Positions 25,208-39,622 are shown, counted from the stretch's first letter. The stretch: DNA of 64,000 nucleotides from Octopus vulgaris (GCA_951406725.2 OX597821.1:39494001-39558000); one strand, 5' to 3'. A program made the numbers and translations. Notes: generated from the sequence alone by a model not told the origin.

Positions 25208-25631
25208 ATAATAATAATAATAATAATAATAATGATAGACTTCTTTTTTTCTGCACCTCTAGCCATATTTTTTTTTAAAAAACTAGAATGAAAATCAACT
25301 TGATACTTATGCAATGCAAGAAGCCTGTGTGTAGTCACTTGACCAGCTAGAAATAGCAATTAATGCCTCCGCAAAACTTAAATATTAGTGTATTAGATAA
25401 TACAGTGATAGATAAAAAGGATGGTTAGCCACTAGTGGATTGGCTCTCTTCTTAGATTTACTCAGTCCTGGCTGTCTTGAAGCTAGACATTAACACTTGA
25501 TGCTTATTCTATCAACTCCAGTCAGATGGAAAACAAAGTCATCCGCAACATGAACACAATGGAAATTAAAAAAATAATTAAAGCCATTAGTTTGGTGTCT
25601 TGTTATTTACATCACTACTATACATAATCAT

Positions 25632-26010
25632 CATTATCGTCAAGTGCATCATCATTTTCAACATCCACTTTTCTATGCTTGCATGGGTTGGATGAAGTTT
25701 GACACATTTTTTTCTACAGCTGGATGCTTTTCCTGTTGCCAACCCTCACCTGTTTCCAAGTAAGTAGTATTTCCCCATGGCCAGACATATTTTCAGAGAA
25801 TATTGGAAATGAATAACACTGCTTGAACAACAGTGGAACTCATTTACAATAATCACATAATGTGAAGACAAGGAGACGCAAACGCACACACAGATATGTT
25901 TGAGGGATTTCTTTCAGTTTCCCTGTACCACATCCACTCACAAGGTTTTAGTTTATCCAAAGCTAAAGTATATGACACATGCCCCAAGTAGGACTGAACC
26001 AGAAACCTCA
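25632..26010 (-). mobile_element. CORE-type SINE with RTE tail (sister of 12455-12850)
   Basis: Shared aaccctcacctgtttccaag.aag..atttcccc..gagaatattggaaatgaat middle segment, RTE tail and family B head. Confidence 0.7.
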
Positions 26011-27646
26011 TAACCGCACAGTCAAACCTCTGCTTATTATACAGGAATACTATTACATTACACATAACTGTGTAATCCCAGAAAGAAAAAAAACAATCTA
26101 ATAATCTAAAAACCTAAATAACCAAAAAGATGTTTTAAAGAAGTGTCAATTAGAATTTATAATTTTGAATGTTTTTCAAAATCATTTGACAAATAAGTTT
26201 GAAGAATGTCCAGTTGTGGTTCCATTGATTTTTTATTTCATTTCCTTTTTATTTATTATATTAATATCTTTAAGGTTTACAATGCTGGAAGCAAAATAAT
26301 CTGAAGACAGTCTTCAGAGATTTGGTTTGAAGAATCCTGCATTGTACTTGAAGTAATTTCCAAAATTGTCCTAGTAACAAGCACTTTCATAGATTATAAG
26401 AAGCGCTGAATTTTAGCCAAAGAAGCAAAGAAAGAATACATCATGCTGACTCCATTCAGGGAATTACATTTCAAAGAATGGCAGCAGCACAGTTAGCCTG
26501 TACACTGAAATAACAATTAAAGGAATGTGAAGTTTATGTTCAGACAACATGGAACCTTGTATCACCATACTGTAGAATTTACTTTAAGTTTTTATTCAAC
26601 AAATAGAATTATTGTTGGATTAATCGCTGTGGCTAATAGCTGTCTGATATGACTACATGGGTCTCTTGAGACAAGAAACTATATTACAGCCTCAAACCTC
26701 ACTCGTTGAAGAAAATTGAATTAGCTAAATAAATTTGTAACGGTTTATTGCTCAATATTACACACTTCTGCCAAAATCTCCACTGGTTATCTTGATGATG
26801 TGTGCATTGTCATGTATCTCTGCTGTTTATTTGACACCCTGGGAAAAAGAAATGCCTATTAATCTTGACACCCCCCCATGGTGACATGAAAGCTAAATTG
26901 CATTTGTTGTCGTCAGCTAATATTATTCAAAATGGTGGCTAAGAGGAAATATTAGCTGAACAAGGGAGGTGGTTAAATATAATTTAGAACTGGTGAAGCA
27001 CTTCTGGTACAACAACGAGGAAGAGGTGGCTTTAAGCAACCTACTACAGCAGAGTAATTTTATTTAAAGCAGCACCAATGGGAGTGGCTAAGATAGAATG
27101 GGTTTATTGTTGGGAAAAAAGTCTAATGTTATATAATAGGATGTTTAGCTGTAAATGGTTGCTATACTATATGTAATACGGTTATATGTTAGTGCTGCAA
27201 GTAGCTGAATATAATTGGCCATATTGACAATAGTAGTGCTTGCAGCAGCCTAACTGGGATTGGTTGGTTTTGAAATATTCATGTTGGGTGTGGCACATTA
27301 TTCCTGCGATGGTATAAATGGTATTACTGGAAATTATCTCATGGGATATGGTTGGGTAGCCATACTTATCTATGATCAGTTAAGTATTAGATCAAAATCA
27401 TACCAACCATGGCCATCCCGTCATTTTTAACATCTCACTCATATTGAACAAATATTCAAATGAAATCTGTAAAGACTGGAGTGGAGAAAGCATTTGCAAT
27501 AATAGTTTTGGAACAGGATGCTGTCACTGGTGAGTTCTGTCAGAAAAATACTGAATCCATCTTCATTCACACATGTGATGTGTTGGTCTTGGAGCAGCTA
27601 ATACAACGTTGTCATTTATAACTCTAGATCAACTCTAATCAAATAT

Positions 27647-28025
27647 ACCTATTTCTTTACTACCCACAAGGGGCCAAACACAGAGAGGACAAACGGATTA
27701 AGTCAATTATATCGACCCCAGTGCATAAATGGTACTTATTTAATCGACCCCGAAAGGCAAAGTTGACCTTGGCGGAATTTGAATTCAGAACGTAGCAGCA
27801 GGCAAAATACCTATTTCTTTACTACCCACAAGGGGCTAAACACAGAGAGAACAAATGGATTAAGTCGATTACATCGACCCCATTGCGTAACTAGTACTTA
27901 TTTAATCGACCCCGAAAGGTAAAGTCAACCTCAGTGGAATTTGAACTCAGAACGTAGTGGCAGACGAAACACCGCTACGCATTTCGCCTGGCATGCTAAC
28001 ATTTCTGCCAGCTTGCAGCCTTACA
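27647..28025 (-). mobile_element. Family A SINE partial tandem dimer with 13-bp TSD
   Basis: Two consecutive acctatttctttactacccacaagggg.. units. tctaatcaaatat at 27634-27646 and 28026-28038. Confidence 0.88.
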
Positions 28026-28674
28026 TCTAATCAAATATTCCTTTAAACAATGGCATTCCAGTTATGACCACCCCCATCTTTTTAGGTGTATATTGAACTG
28101 CATTATCTAATATGCTGTTCATTTTCATGACAGTAAGATATGATTGAAAGTGATACATAGCTATTGTTTGTGGTAGGTCAAGCAACCCCATAGCTGTTGC
28201 TACCACGTCATTGCCTTAGCCTTTCTCATAGGATATAAACTGATGACATGGTCAGTGATGTCAAATATAGATGTTGGTAACAGTTTAGTATCAGAAGTGA
28301 CATAACCAAGGCTGTGGAATTGATGGATTTGCAATTGATGGTCGAACAGTAACAGAATAGATAATGTATCATTATGATTGGTGTTGAGTAGGGAATAGAC
28401 AATAATTGTGATAAACTACTACAGTGGAGGGTCTCTCTCATAGAACATTATTATACTGCAGTCTCTGTCATATGACTGTATCAATCACATTTTTATATTG
28501 CAGTCTCCACCATAAACTATTGCTATATTGCCCTCTATCTCTATTATAATACATCACCAAACAGCCATCTCTCTCTCTCTCATAAAACATTGCTATATCA
28601 CAGACACTAAAAGGTAATGTTGCTAAACTGCTGTCTCTAAACCATTGCTAGATTAACCATTCTTATATAAACCT

Positions 28675-28980
28675 ATGTGAAGGTCCATGGCCTTCACATG
28701 GTGTGTTGTATTCACTATCGGGAGATTGTGGTTTCAATTCCCAGATTGGGTGGTGCATTGTGTTCTTGAGCTAAACACTATTTCACACTGCTCCAGTCCA
28801 CTTGGCTGTAAATGGGTGGCCTTGCAATAAAATAACCTCCTTCCAATCGGGGGAATGGACATTGGCCTGCTCACCTAGCCAATGGGGTGGCGTTATTTAA
28901 AAGCTAAAACAATGCAAAGTGCATTGTCACCAGTGATGGATAACATCTGAGAGTCTTGGTCAATCATATGATCATGTGAT
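28675..28980 (+). mobile_element. Degenerate tRNA-derived SINE
   Basis: ggtttcaattccc..cattgtgttcttgagctaaacactatttcacactgctccagtccac; related to 48486-48822. Confidence 0.65.
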
Positions 28981-29229
28981 ATATACCCATGTTATACTAC
29001 TCTCCCTGTCATACAATATTATCACACATGACAATAAATGCAGCTATCCTTCACGTCTATGAGGAAGAGGTGACTTCACACCATCCCATTTACAGGAAAT
29101 CTCTCATTCTGCAGATAATGCTATTTACAAAGCCTGTTTATGGAGTGACAAGTCACTCTACTTGGAACCTCATCCAAGTTTCTACTCACCTGGTTCTTTA
29201 GCCTCAAACCAGATCCCAGGTATTTCATA

Positions 29230-29590
29230 AAAGTAATAAAAATTTCTTACTGAGGGTCAAGGCCTTAAATTTTGGGGCAGAAAATAGCTGATTATATGAA
29301 TCCTAGTACATAACTGGTACTTTACTTTGTCACCCAAGAAATATGAAAGGCGAAGATAACCTTAGCAAGATTTCACCTCAGGCTGTAAAGAGCTGGAAGA
29401 AATAGCGCCAAGCATTTTGAACAGTCTACCAGATTTTTTTATGATTGAAGTTTCAGATTCTGCAACAAGGTCAGCAGTTTTTGAGGAGATTCTTGACCCT
29501 AGTACTTGGCTAGTTCTTTATTACATTGACCCTTGAGGGAAGAAATACGAAAGCAAATGTGGCAGGATTTGAACTTAGAATGTAGAGCTG
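29230..29590 (-). mobile_element. Two degenerate family A SINE fragments
   Basis: actggtactttt..gaaaggcgaagataaccttagcaagatttcacctcag and ggcaggatttgaacttagaa. Confidence 0.55.
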
Positions 29591-30052
29591 CAGTGATGTT
29601 CACAAGACTAAACAAATATACTATAAAATCTATTTATATTTGAAATTTCACTTCATATATTGCTCCAACAGTGAGCAACCTTCTCAATTTTCTCATCTAC
29701 ACAAACTCTAGAAGCTCCAGGCTAGAGATGCACTACTTTTGGTAAGAGAAATCTCAAAAATACCCTAGTAGGGAAAACTCATAATAAAAAATAAAATTGG
29801 GGTGTATTTCAGGCATATTGTAACTAGAAACATTTTATCTATTATGTTTTACATTTCTGAACACAATAGGCAGTGTTCTGAGGGTGATTTGACTTCTATT
29901 TCTAGTTTGTTGAGCAACTAAGTCAGGAAAGTCTTTTATTCAGTATTATAGTTTATTTGGCTTTGGTAGTGGTCATACTTCTAGGGAAAGCTGAGAATTA
30001 AATGATCTTCCTATTGTCCATACATCATATTTCTTAGATCAATATTCCACAG

Positions 30053-30896
30053 CAGAGATCAACAAACTGTGAACTGTGGGCCATATTTGATCCAGTGACT
30101 TTATTGAATCTGTGATGTTGCTGGTAAGATTTCTGAGTTTCATTATGTTTGGTTTGCAAACAATAGCATTCTGCATTGAACAATGGAGCAGAAAAGTCAT
30201 ATTTGTAGAAGACTCAGTTTTATATGAATAAAATATGGGAAACTATTTTATCTGGAAAATCGGAAAGTTTCCTCTGCTGTGATATTCTATAGAGTAAATT
30301 TTTTCATCTTCTTAAATAAATGGAACAACAAAGACTGTAGGGGTCTCATTCAGTGACATAATATAGTTTAGATAAATAATTGATTCGAAGGGAGGTGGGG
30401 GTGATAAAGAACTTTTGCTGGTTTGTTGAGAAAAACAGACAAATTGGTTGGAGCTACATTTGAACTGAGTCCACAATTGCCCCCAGTTAACCTACCAAAA
30501 AGTTTTAACTCTTTACTGCATGTTGAGTCAAACAACACAGACACACACACTAATTTCTATGTCTTTATAAATGTGAAGCAATTCTTTCATCCACAACCAG
30601 AAATCACTGATGGTGGCTCCTGGGTGGATGTTGTTTACCTGGACTTTGCTAAGGCTTTTAATTCTGTGCCACACAAAAGACTTATGGTGAAACTCTCTCC
30701 AATGGGTGTAAGAGATGATCTCTATAAATGGTTGAAGTCCTTCATTATTGGCCAAAAAGAGGTCACAGTTCTAAGACAGCACTCTTCACCCTATGAGATG
30801 ACATCTGGTGTATCACAGGGATCTGTTCTTGGCCCCCTTTTATTTGTTGCATATGTTAATGACATAGATGCCAACTTAAAGAATGCCACAGTGCTG

Positions 30897-30936
<40 letters not shown>

Positions 30937-32037
30937 CATCAAGCTGTACCTTGAAATAAAGAGGACAGATCCTGTACACTATAGATCTTTATTGCAATCA
31001 AACCTGGACACAATGCAACAGTGGATCATGGACTGGCAACTCAAGCTGGCTGTGGACAAATGTACCACCATGCATTTTGGGAGGAAAAACCCAGCGTCTA
31101 CTTACTCCCTCCACAACACTAATCTCAAAAAGTCTTCTTGTGAACGTGACCTGGGCATTATTGTCGACAGTGATTTGCATTGGACAAAACACATTGCTAA
31201 AATTGCCAAGTAGGCTGATGGTTTCTTGGCATCACTCACCAAGTCTTTGTGAGCCACTCTCCGGCTATCTATCTGAGGCTTTATATAGCTATGGTGCGGC
31301 CTCACCTGGAATTTGCATCACCGTCTGGAACTCCTATCTTGCCCAGGATATTAATCATCGTGAAACCGTTCAGTGATGTGCAACCAAGAGAATACCCTCC
31401 ATCAGGCATTTGCCATACTCTGAACACCTTACTTCCCTGGGCATGGATACATTGAAACGCCAACATCTGGCAGCTAATTTGGCAGATACTCATAAAATTA
31501 CTAACCATCTTACTAACAATAACTCTGAGCACCTTTTCAAACTCCACCTGTTTAACACCCGTGGACATGTTTACAAAGTCAGAAAACAGCACAGCTCCCA
31601 TGACTTTCGGAAACGTTTTTTCATCCTAAGGGTTGCTAAAGTATGGAACAAACTGCTGGCATCAGTTGTTAGTTGTTGGAGCACTGCATTTTTCAAAACT
31701 TCCATGCTTCCTGAGATTCACCAATGCTACACCTGATTTTCTCCCCTCCATACACACGCAAGCATGTATCCGACTCATACACGGTTCACTTCCCAGACAT
31801 TTGTACATTACTGCATATGCTTTATATGCACTTTTGACAAGTTGTGGTGCACCTGAGCACTGTATACAATAATTTCATTATTATTATTATTATTTATTTA
31901 AAATATTTTTTTAAAAAACTAGTTGTTCCTCTGGTTTTGTATAAACATGGTTTAATCTTTTAAATTCATTTTGACCTGCATAAGGTAAAGACGCTTCTAG
32001 TCAAATCTGCCTTCAAAAACAGTTTGCCAAACTATGT
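30053..32037. mobile_element. Possible degenerate hAT (Charlie-type) element enclosing the CR1 insertion
   Basis: The left end cagagatcaacaaactgtgaactgtgggcc and right end cagtttgccaaactatg resemble cagggg.cggcaaact-type hAT termini. Weak match. Confidence 0.3.
30598..31895 (+). mobile_element. 5'-truncated CR1-clade LINE, pseudogenised, with (ATT)n tail
   Basis: DVVYLDFAKAFNSVPHKRL, SGVSQGSVLGPLLFVAYVNDI, KC..MHFG, ERDLGIIVDSDL, LYIAMVRPHLEFA, TRGH..K, RKRFF..RVAKVWNKL; ends in aatttcattattattattatt. Confidence 0.92.
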
Positions 32038-32839
32038 TCTAGAATATAGAGAGAATTCTGGAATCTGTTGGCAATTACTTTTACATCATTTATTGCTGGT
32101 AACGATCTACTTAATTATTTACTTGAGTGTTTTAGTCTCAGAAAACTGGGTCCCTTAGGAGGCCTTAAGACAAAATCACATTTAAGAAGCACGTGACTTG
32201 ATCAGCCATAAAACTGTAAGACATTTATGTAGCCTCCGAATAAAGTTCAAATCACAGTAAAGTGTTAAAATAATATATATAATGTTTTATGATTGGATAA
32301 TTTTTATTAGATGGCTCTTTCTCTTTCTTAGTATTGGGTAGTGGTGGGAAACGTTGAAGTGATTTTAGAAGAATTAGGGTTATTGTGACTATTTGAAGAA
32401 ATCAACTTAGTTAATATTCATGGAAATGAAGTAAAATCAACCACTGATTAAAATCTTTTGAAAAGAAGAACAAACTCTTGCATGAGAATGAAAATAACTA
32501 AGTTATTTGAAGAAATCATTGATTAATTGCTTAGAATATTAAATGTTAACTAAAATATTGTTTTTTAAAAACAACACTGGAATTAATATTCATAGAAATT
32601 TTCAAAAAATAGAAATAAAGAAGCTAAAATATTTTGATATTAATTTGGAATACTTTGTGGTTTTTGCTGTCCATGGTTTATCCTCAGATAGATTGGATTC
32701 TAGATTATGACTTGACTGGACAGCAACTCTGGCTATTTCAGATATGCGTGGCAACATGCAGCCATATTCCAACAATTGGTAATATAATGGTCACATTCAA
32801 TATCCAGCCGATAATATGATAATAAAGGCTACCCAGAAC

Positions 32840-33420
32840 ACCATCATCATCATTGTTCGACTGTGGTCGAGACAATGGAATTTACTATGTTACGCCAGAC
32901 ATAGCATTACGGAGGTCCTGTTGCTGGATGCCTGTATCCCTGGAGATTACATCAGGGTAGGAGAGTGTGCGCCCTCTGGTATTGCGAGCAGATGGCTTCC
33001 AGAAGAGAAGAGTAGAAATTACCTCATTTTCAGCTCTACAACAATGTCCAGCAAACTGGACTTGTCTACTTTTCACAAGAGATGATACAGGTGGTAATTT
33101 CCCATATATTTGTACTTTGGTTGGATGATGCTTCCACGAGAGATTTTGAGCTCTCACAAGGAGGTGAGTGTAAGTTCCATCCAACCACCTCTCAAGCTTC
33201 TTTGATAACGTCCAGGTTTCTGAGCCATATAGTATAATTGGTTCGACTGTGGCTTTGAAGATTTTAAGTTTGAAATTTCTACTTAGATTTGATGACCAGA
33301 TCTTATGCATATCATTACAGGCTGACCAGGCCATACCCTCTCTAGTTAGAAAATCTTTTTCAGATGATGATATGTATGACCCAGATATTTGTATTCAGAA
33401 ACCATATTTAAGAGCGTATT
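32840..33420 (-). mobile_element. RTE-clade LINE 3' fragment (second family), (GAT)n tail; may extend to ~33700
   Basis: EYKYLG..AWSACNDMHKIWSSNLSRNFKLKIFKATVEPIILYGSETWTL..QFAGHCCR. Confidence 0.88.
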
Positions 33421-34804
33421 GTTGAGAGTATGGATGATGGAATCACTGTTGGACAGGCACTTGTTTACATATTCAGGTGTAAAAGAACACCCGAGTGTAA
33501 CAACCATTGGAAGACTTGGCCAGGGACCAAGTAAGGATCTAGGTTTTATATTCATAAAGGATGATTGTCTTGATTGCTGATGATGATTCTGCTTATAGTC
33601 TGAAGTTGCTGGAGAGATTAAGAGTCCAGATATTCTTGACAACATTGATGCTTCCAATCCAGGCCTCCTCACATCATTACGTCCCTCTCCAAGCCTAACA
33701 TGAATAATCCAAAAGTTTTGTAGATCAGGTCAGCCTAATCAACCAAACTTATATTCATTTCAACTGAGACAATCCTTTGTTTTTGAAGATCTAGAAATGC
33801 AACATCCCATGTTTCATTTTATTATTAAGACAACATAGTGTTATGTGTTCAAATTCTGCTGAGCTCGACTTTACCATTCATCCTCATGGGGTCACTGTCA
33901 ATGAAATATATACCAGTTGATTATCCCCTTCTCAAACTTTCAGGTTTTGTGTTTATAGTAGAAAAGATTAAGAATATAGACTATGAGTGAAAGGATATTT
34001 AACTATTATTTCTAGCAAATGAAGCAAGCATTTAGAGCAAGCTACACAAGACACGGCTGATCATCAGGTGGTGCACACTACTAAATAATTTGGGGTCATT
34101 TCTCATTAGCTATGCAATTCAGAGCATCTTGTAAGCCACAGGATGCTCTAAGAAATTTAGAGAATGCATTATTGATTCCAAAGTGTTCAATACAGGTGAA
34201 AGTAAAATTGCTCGAATATTGAGTGGCATGTAGAATAATTCTGTAAACCTTTCAGAGAAAATATGCAGCTTCTGTGATGGACAGAATTCACCGTGTTTGA
34301 GCTAACAGACCAATTAGGTAGTCTGCTTCACAGCTATCATACAAGAATTTTAGATGGTATATTTGGGCGATAGGGTAGGGGGTGAACTTGCTGAAGATAA
34401 AACTGGAGGAACATGAAGCAATATATCTCAATTGACCTGGTACTAAACAACAATAAACTTTTACCAAAAACTTTAAGAAGGCTATGTATCATAATTCATG
34501 GGAAAAATTTAAAAAAAACAGATAAAGAAAGAAAACTGATTCTATAAAAGTCATCGTAAGAATATAAAAGAAGAATATGTATATATTTCATGCGTTTACT
34601 AAATTTGTTCGGTAAATCTTCTAAACATTGAAAATATATACATTTCAGTACAATTTCTAAATGCATTTGACACATTCGCAAATGATTTATAGATACTGTC
34701 CAAACATATTTTATCAGAAGGTTAGAAAATATTATGAAAATCTAGTTTTTGATATAAAAACTTTATATAAAAACATATATGCATATACATACATGCATAT
34801 ACGT

Positions 34805-35122
<318 letters not shown>

Positions 35123-35125
35123 TGA

Positions 35126-35457
35126 AATTCAATCATCACTAAATGTGAATAAGCATGCCAAGACACCTACATTGCTAGAAATAGGAGTAAAATACTCCTT
35201 TTGCTGTAGGATATATGCATATATGCTGATTGGCAGAATTAGCTGACACCAGCCAATTGGGCAGCTTCTGATGAAAGATACGGAAATATGTGAAACTCGT
35301 CAAAGAGATTCTCAATTCGACCATGGGGCAGTTTCTTCCCCTGTCAGCATGTGTGTATACATTTGTACTCTTCCTACAGCACAAGGAGTATTTTATTCCT
35401 GTTTATAGCAATGTAGGTGTCTTCGCACTCTTAGTCACATTTAGTGATAATTGAATT
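35126..35457. repeat. ~86-bp inverted-repeat element with central hammerhead motif
   Basis: 35126-35211 matches the reverse complement of 35372-35457 with scattered mismatches. Confidence 0.85.
35265..35307 (+). ncRNA. Minimal type-I hammerhead motif
   Basis: ctt-CTGATGA-a-agata(cggaaa)tatgt-GAAA-ctc-GTC-aaagag. GUC triplet; stems I and II imperfect. Confidence 0.65.
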
Positions 35458-35464
35458 TTTCCTT

Positions 35465-36520
35465 CATCATCATTGTTTAACGCCTGTTTTCCATACTAGC
35501 ATGGGTTGGACGGTTCGACCGGGTCTGGGAAGCCAGGAAGCTGCACCAGGCTCCAATCTGATCTGGCAGTGTTTCTACAGCTGGATGCCCTTTCTAACGC
35601 CAACCACTCCATGAGTGTAGTGGGTGCTTTTTATGTGCCACCGGCACAGGGGCCAGAGGAGGCTGGCAAAACGGCCACAATCGGTTGGTGCTTTTATGCA
35701 TTACCGACATGGATGCCAGTCAGGTGGCGCTGGCATCTGCCATGTTCAGATGGTGCTTTTTACGTGTCACCGGCACGGGTATCTTAACTACAATTTCCAT
35801 TTGATTTTTATTTTGATGTTGGTGTTGACGTACTTGACTCAATAGGTCTCCTTAAGAACAGCGGGTCACATTACAATCCAAGGTTAGAACAGCAGGCCGT
35901 CTGTGTCTAGCTGTTTATATTAATATTTTTTGTATATATGTATATATACACAGAAAGTGGACGTTAAACAATGATGATATGTCATCATCATTATCACCAT
36001 CATTTAGTGTCTGCTTTCCATGCTGGCATGGATTAGGCGGTTTGACTGGAATTGGTCAGCCAGAGAGCTGTACTAGGTCGCAGTCTGATTTGGCATAGTT
36101 TCTACAGCTGGATGCCCTTCCTAACACCAATCATTCCAAGAGTGTAATGGATGCCGTTTACATGCCACCAGCACAGTTGGTTTTACGCGTACCAGCATGG
36201 GTGCTTTTATTTGTCACCAGCATGGGTGCTTTAAAGAGTCACTGGCACAGGTGCCTGTTATGTGTCGCCGGTACTGGCCATGACTACAATCATTGTCTCT
36301 GTGAAACTCAACGTTTGAAGATCATGCTTCCCTACTTTGTCCTGTCTTCCTGGGTCTACCTCTTCCACATGTTCCCTCCACAGTTTGAGATCAGCTGTCC
36401 TCATCCATATGCTTCACATGACTGGTCATATGGTCTCTATTGCACACCTCATCTGATGCCTTTTATATCCAGTTTTTCTCTCAAAACGTTTACACTCTGT
36501 CGTATATCGATTCCAGACAT
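35465..36520 (-). mobile_element. Two RTE 3'-end fragments (35465-35900, 35985-36520)
   Basis: Both start with (CAT)n and the conserved tail. The second extends into sequence similar to 6770-7000. Confidence 0.85.
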
Positions 36521-36599
36521 GTATGCAGTGTGATAAAACTGTGCTGTCCTCCTTGAATCATTACCTAAATATTGATGATTTGTAAAATTATGACCAATA

Positions 36600-36790
36600 G
36601 CAAAGTCCAATGTGCGGATCAACAGGAAGGCGAAGCAGGTGTCCTCTTCTTGGTGGTTACGTTATATGATGGACAAGTTTGAAAAGCTGGTGACAAATAT
36701 CTTCCTCTTTGGCCAAAGTTTCATCAACTTAGTGATGATTCACTTGGTGAAGGACGCGCCCCAATGATTTTGCTTAAACCAAGTTAAGTG
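36600..36790 (+). pseudogene. Possible degenerate L1/Tx1-type ORF2 C-terminus
   Basis: VLFLVV..I*WTSLK..VTNIFLFGQSFIN across frameshifts resembles the Tx1 'IWxxR' C-terminal region. Confidence 0.3.
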
Positions 36791-37686
36791 GGGGCATAGT
36801 AGCATGGATAAAAGTGATTACTCTCAGTTTGTCTCTGTAGACTGGAGAAGCCTAAACAGGGCACTTGTACTTGGCAATTAAGATAACCTGAAATCTGTGG
36901 AATTTCTTGTTTGGTCTCAGATGGACACCCTCTATTAAGGACATCTCAATGCTACACTGGAACTAAGTAACTGTACTAGAAGGAAAAAATCATTGAGGCG
37001 TCTTTAAAATGGGACCCTCAAAATGAAGTCCTAAAACTTTAAGTAACTTATATTACAAGAACATAGGGAATATATCCTTAAATAAAATACCAATCACGAA
37101 TACAATAGCATAAAACAAAATTACAGGGACAAAAATAAGATTACAAGAATAAAAATAAGAAATAAGTGGAAATTTTACCGGTGTGTTACATTATAAGGCA
37201 CAAAAAGAAAATGATTCTCCCCAGACACAACAGAATATGCTTCAACACACGAACTTAAATAAAGAATCTTGCAAGCCGAATCCAAAAACGAAAATTAGAG
37301 GAAGTATCAAGGAAATATTATCATGCCACCCACTCCTTAAACATGAACTGCTCAAAACTAAAACCCTTTGTGTCCTACTATTTCTGGGGGTCTCTCCTGC
37401 CAAATTTGTATTCTCAACATAAAAAGGATAAATAACTGGATAAAGTCTGACCTTACTCTTCAGGGACAGAAAATGCTGTCGACTGACAGCTATTTGAAAA
37501 TGAAAATTGTGTTGGTTTCATTGAGTGTGGAAGGCTGCTAAAGGAAAGGGTGTTGCCTCTTCTTTCAGACAGATCAAACAAATAAAAAATAATTGAATAG
37601 ATAAACACTTCCAAACCATAGCTTTGATGGGTAATTGTAAACTCACCAATTTTACCCAACAGCAACAAAGGAAATATTCATATATA

Positions 37687-38040
37687 TGTGTGGTAAGTAG
37701 CTTGCTAACCAACCACATGGTTCCGGGTTCAGTCCCACTGCGTGGCATCTTGGGCAAGTGTCTTCTGCTATAGCCCCGGGCCGACCAATGCCTTGTGAGT
37801 GGATTTGGTAGACGGAAACTGAAAGAAGCCCGTCGTATATATATATGTGTGTGTGTTTGTCCCCCTAGCATTGCTTGACAACCGATGCTGGTGTGTTTAC
37901 GTCCCCGTAACTTAGCGGTTCGGCAAAAGAGACCGATAGAATAAGTACTGGGCTTACAAAGAATAAGTCCCGGGGTCGATTTGCTCGACTAAAGGCGGTG
38001 CTCCAGCATGGCCGCAGTCAAATGACTGAAACAAGCAAAA
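37687..38040 (+). mobile_element. CORE-type tRNA SINE family B, well-preserved copy
   Basis: tgtggtaagtagcttgc..ccgggttcagtccc..cttgggcaagtgtcttc..(TG)n..gactaaaggcggtgctccagcatggccgcagtcaaatgactgaaacaag; CpGs retained. Confidence 0.9.
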
Positions 38041-38994
38041 ACAAAAAACATAGCAATGTGCTGCCATCATAATATAAGCAAACAAATGGTATAGCGGCAG
38101 TTCATAAGTTTATAGTATAACAGTAAAAACAAGGCAGGATTACCTAACAGTGAGAAAGGAAATAGTCATATCTCTACCAGTGAGTTGCCTGTGTAACATA
38201 GGTTTATTGGAAGCTAGCATGCTAGGAGTGTTGAGGGAAGAGAGTAAGAGGACGTCAAAGGTATTTGTGGGTGATGACATCACAGAACCAACTGGAAACA
38301 AGAGCCTGGTTCATGGTTTGCATGCAGCACAACACTGGAGTGTCTTGGCAAGTTGGACCCTGGACACAAGGAAAGCATCTGGCTGGTGTCTGATGGAGGT
38401 TAGCCAACAATAAGAAGTAAAATATTCACAATGTGTTTTAATTCTGTATCTTAAGTTTGTTAGATAATAACAGCATGCTAAGGCTAGCCAACAACAAGAA
38501 GGGAAATATTCACATTTACACATTCATTCAAAAGCTGATAACAGAAAGATAATATGATGAGACAACAAATACTTAATATTCCACTTATTTCTCTTCTTGT
38601 GTCTTGAAAAGTCTCGTCAAGTATTACATATACATAGCACTGAATGAGAGACATCAAAGATTGTTAGCAGAGGAAGCAAAAGTGTACTTTAGAGGAATGG
38701 GAATTTAGAGAAAACATTCAAAATCATAATATTGGATATTCCTGCACATTTACATGAATAAATAAATGAATGAATATAAACAAATATAGAAGAAGGAAAG
38801 ATTAATATAAATTTCTGTAATGGAGCATAAAATATAGAAATTTCACGCTGTGATGCAACAGAGTCAAATACAAGCACACACATGCTCAAACACACATGCA
38901 CACTCTCACATATACTCACACATGCACACACAAATACACACACACACATAATCACAAACAAAATTTGAGTTTGCATCTATGAATGGTTGGATAT

Positions 38995-39055
38995 TATATA
39001 TATAATGTGTATGTTTATCTACATGTAATGGTGTTTTTACATATATATATATATT

Positions 39056-39140
<85 letters not shown>

Positions 39141-39180
39141 TACACACACACACATATATATATATACACACACATGCATA
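38995..39180. repeat. Compound (TA)n/(CA)n microsatellite
   Basis: Visible. Confidence 0.9.
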
Positions 39181-39579
39181 TTTTATTGTATATGTCTGTG
39201 AGTATGGGAACAGATATATGTACATACATTAATATGCAGATATATGTAGAGATATTTATATATCAATATATTGATGAGTATGCATACATGTGTACATAAC
39301 TGCATGCGCACCCTCACCACTACCACCACAGAACATTACACACACACATACACCCACCCCCAATTTCCATGCATATATAACTGATCTGCTGCAGTTTTAA
39401 AAAAAAAACACCACACAATGAATATTTAATCAAGATCTTATATTCTTTCTGCCTTGATGTCTTTGTTTCTTGCTCAACTATTTTTGATCTCATTCATCTT
39501 TACATTATATTATTTTATACACATAAATATATACATACATACATATAGATAATCAAACGAATAATAACAATGGATAATT

Positions 39580-39581
39580 GC

Positions 39582-39622
<41 letters not shown>

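Noticed and set aside
28236-28272. ctgatgacat...atgtcaaatata hammerhead-like string
   Set aside because: The core overlaps stem II, GAAA is missing and there is no stem I, so it is compatible with chance.
38150-38413. 87-aa plus-strand ORF or a possible minus-strand exon (VGSVMSSPTNTF..)
   Set aside because: No recognisable domain, only weak splice signals, and the length is within chance expectation.
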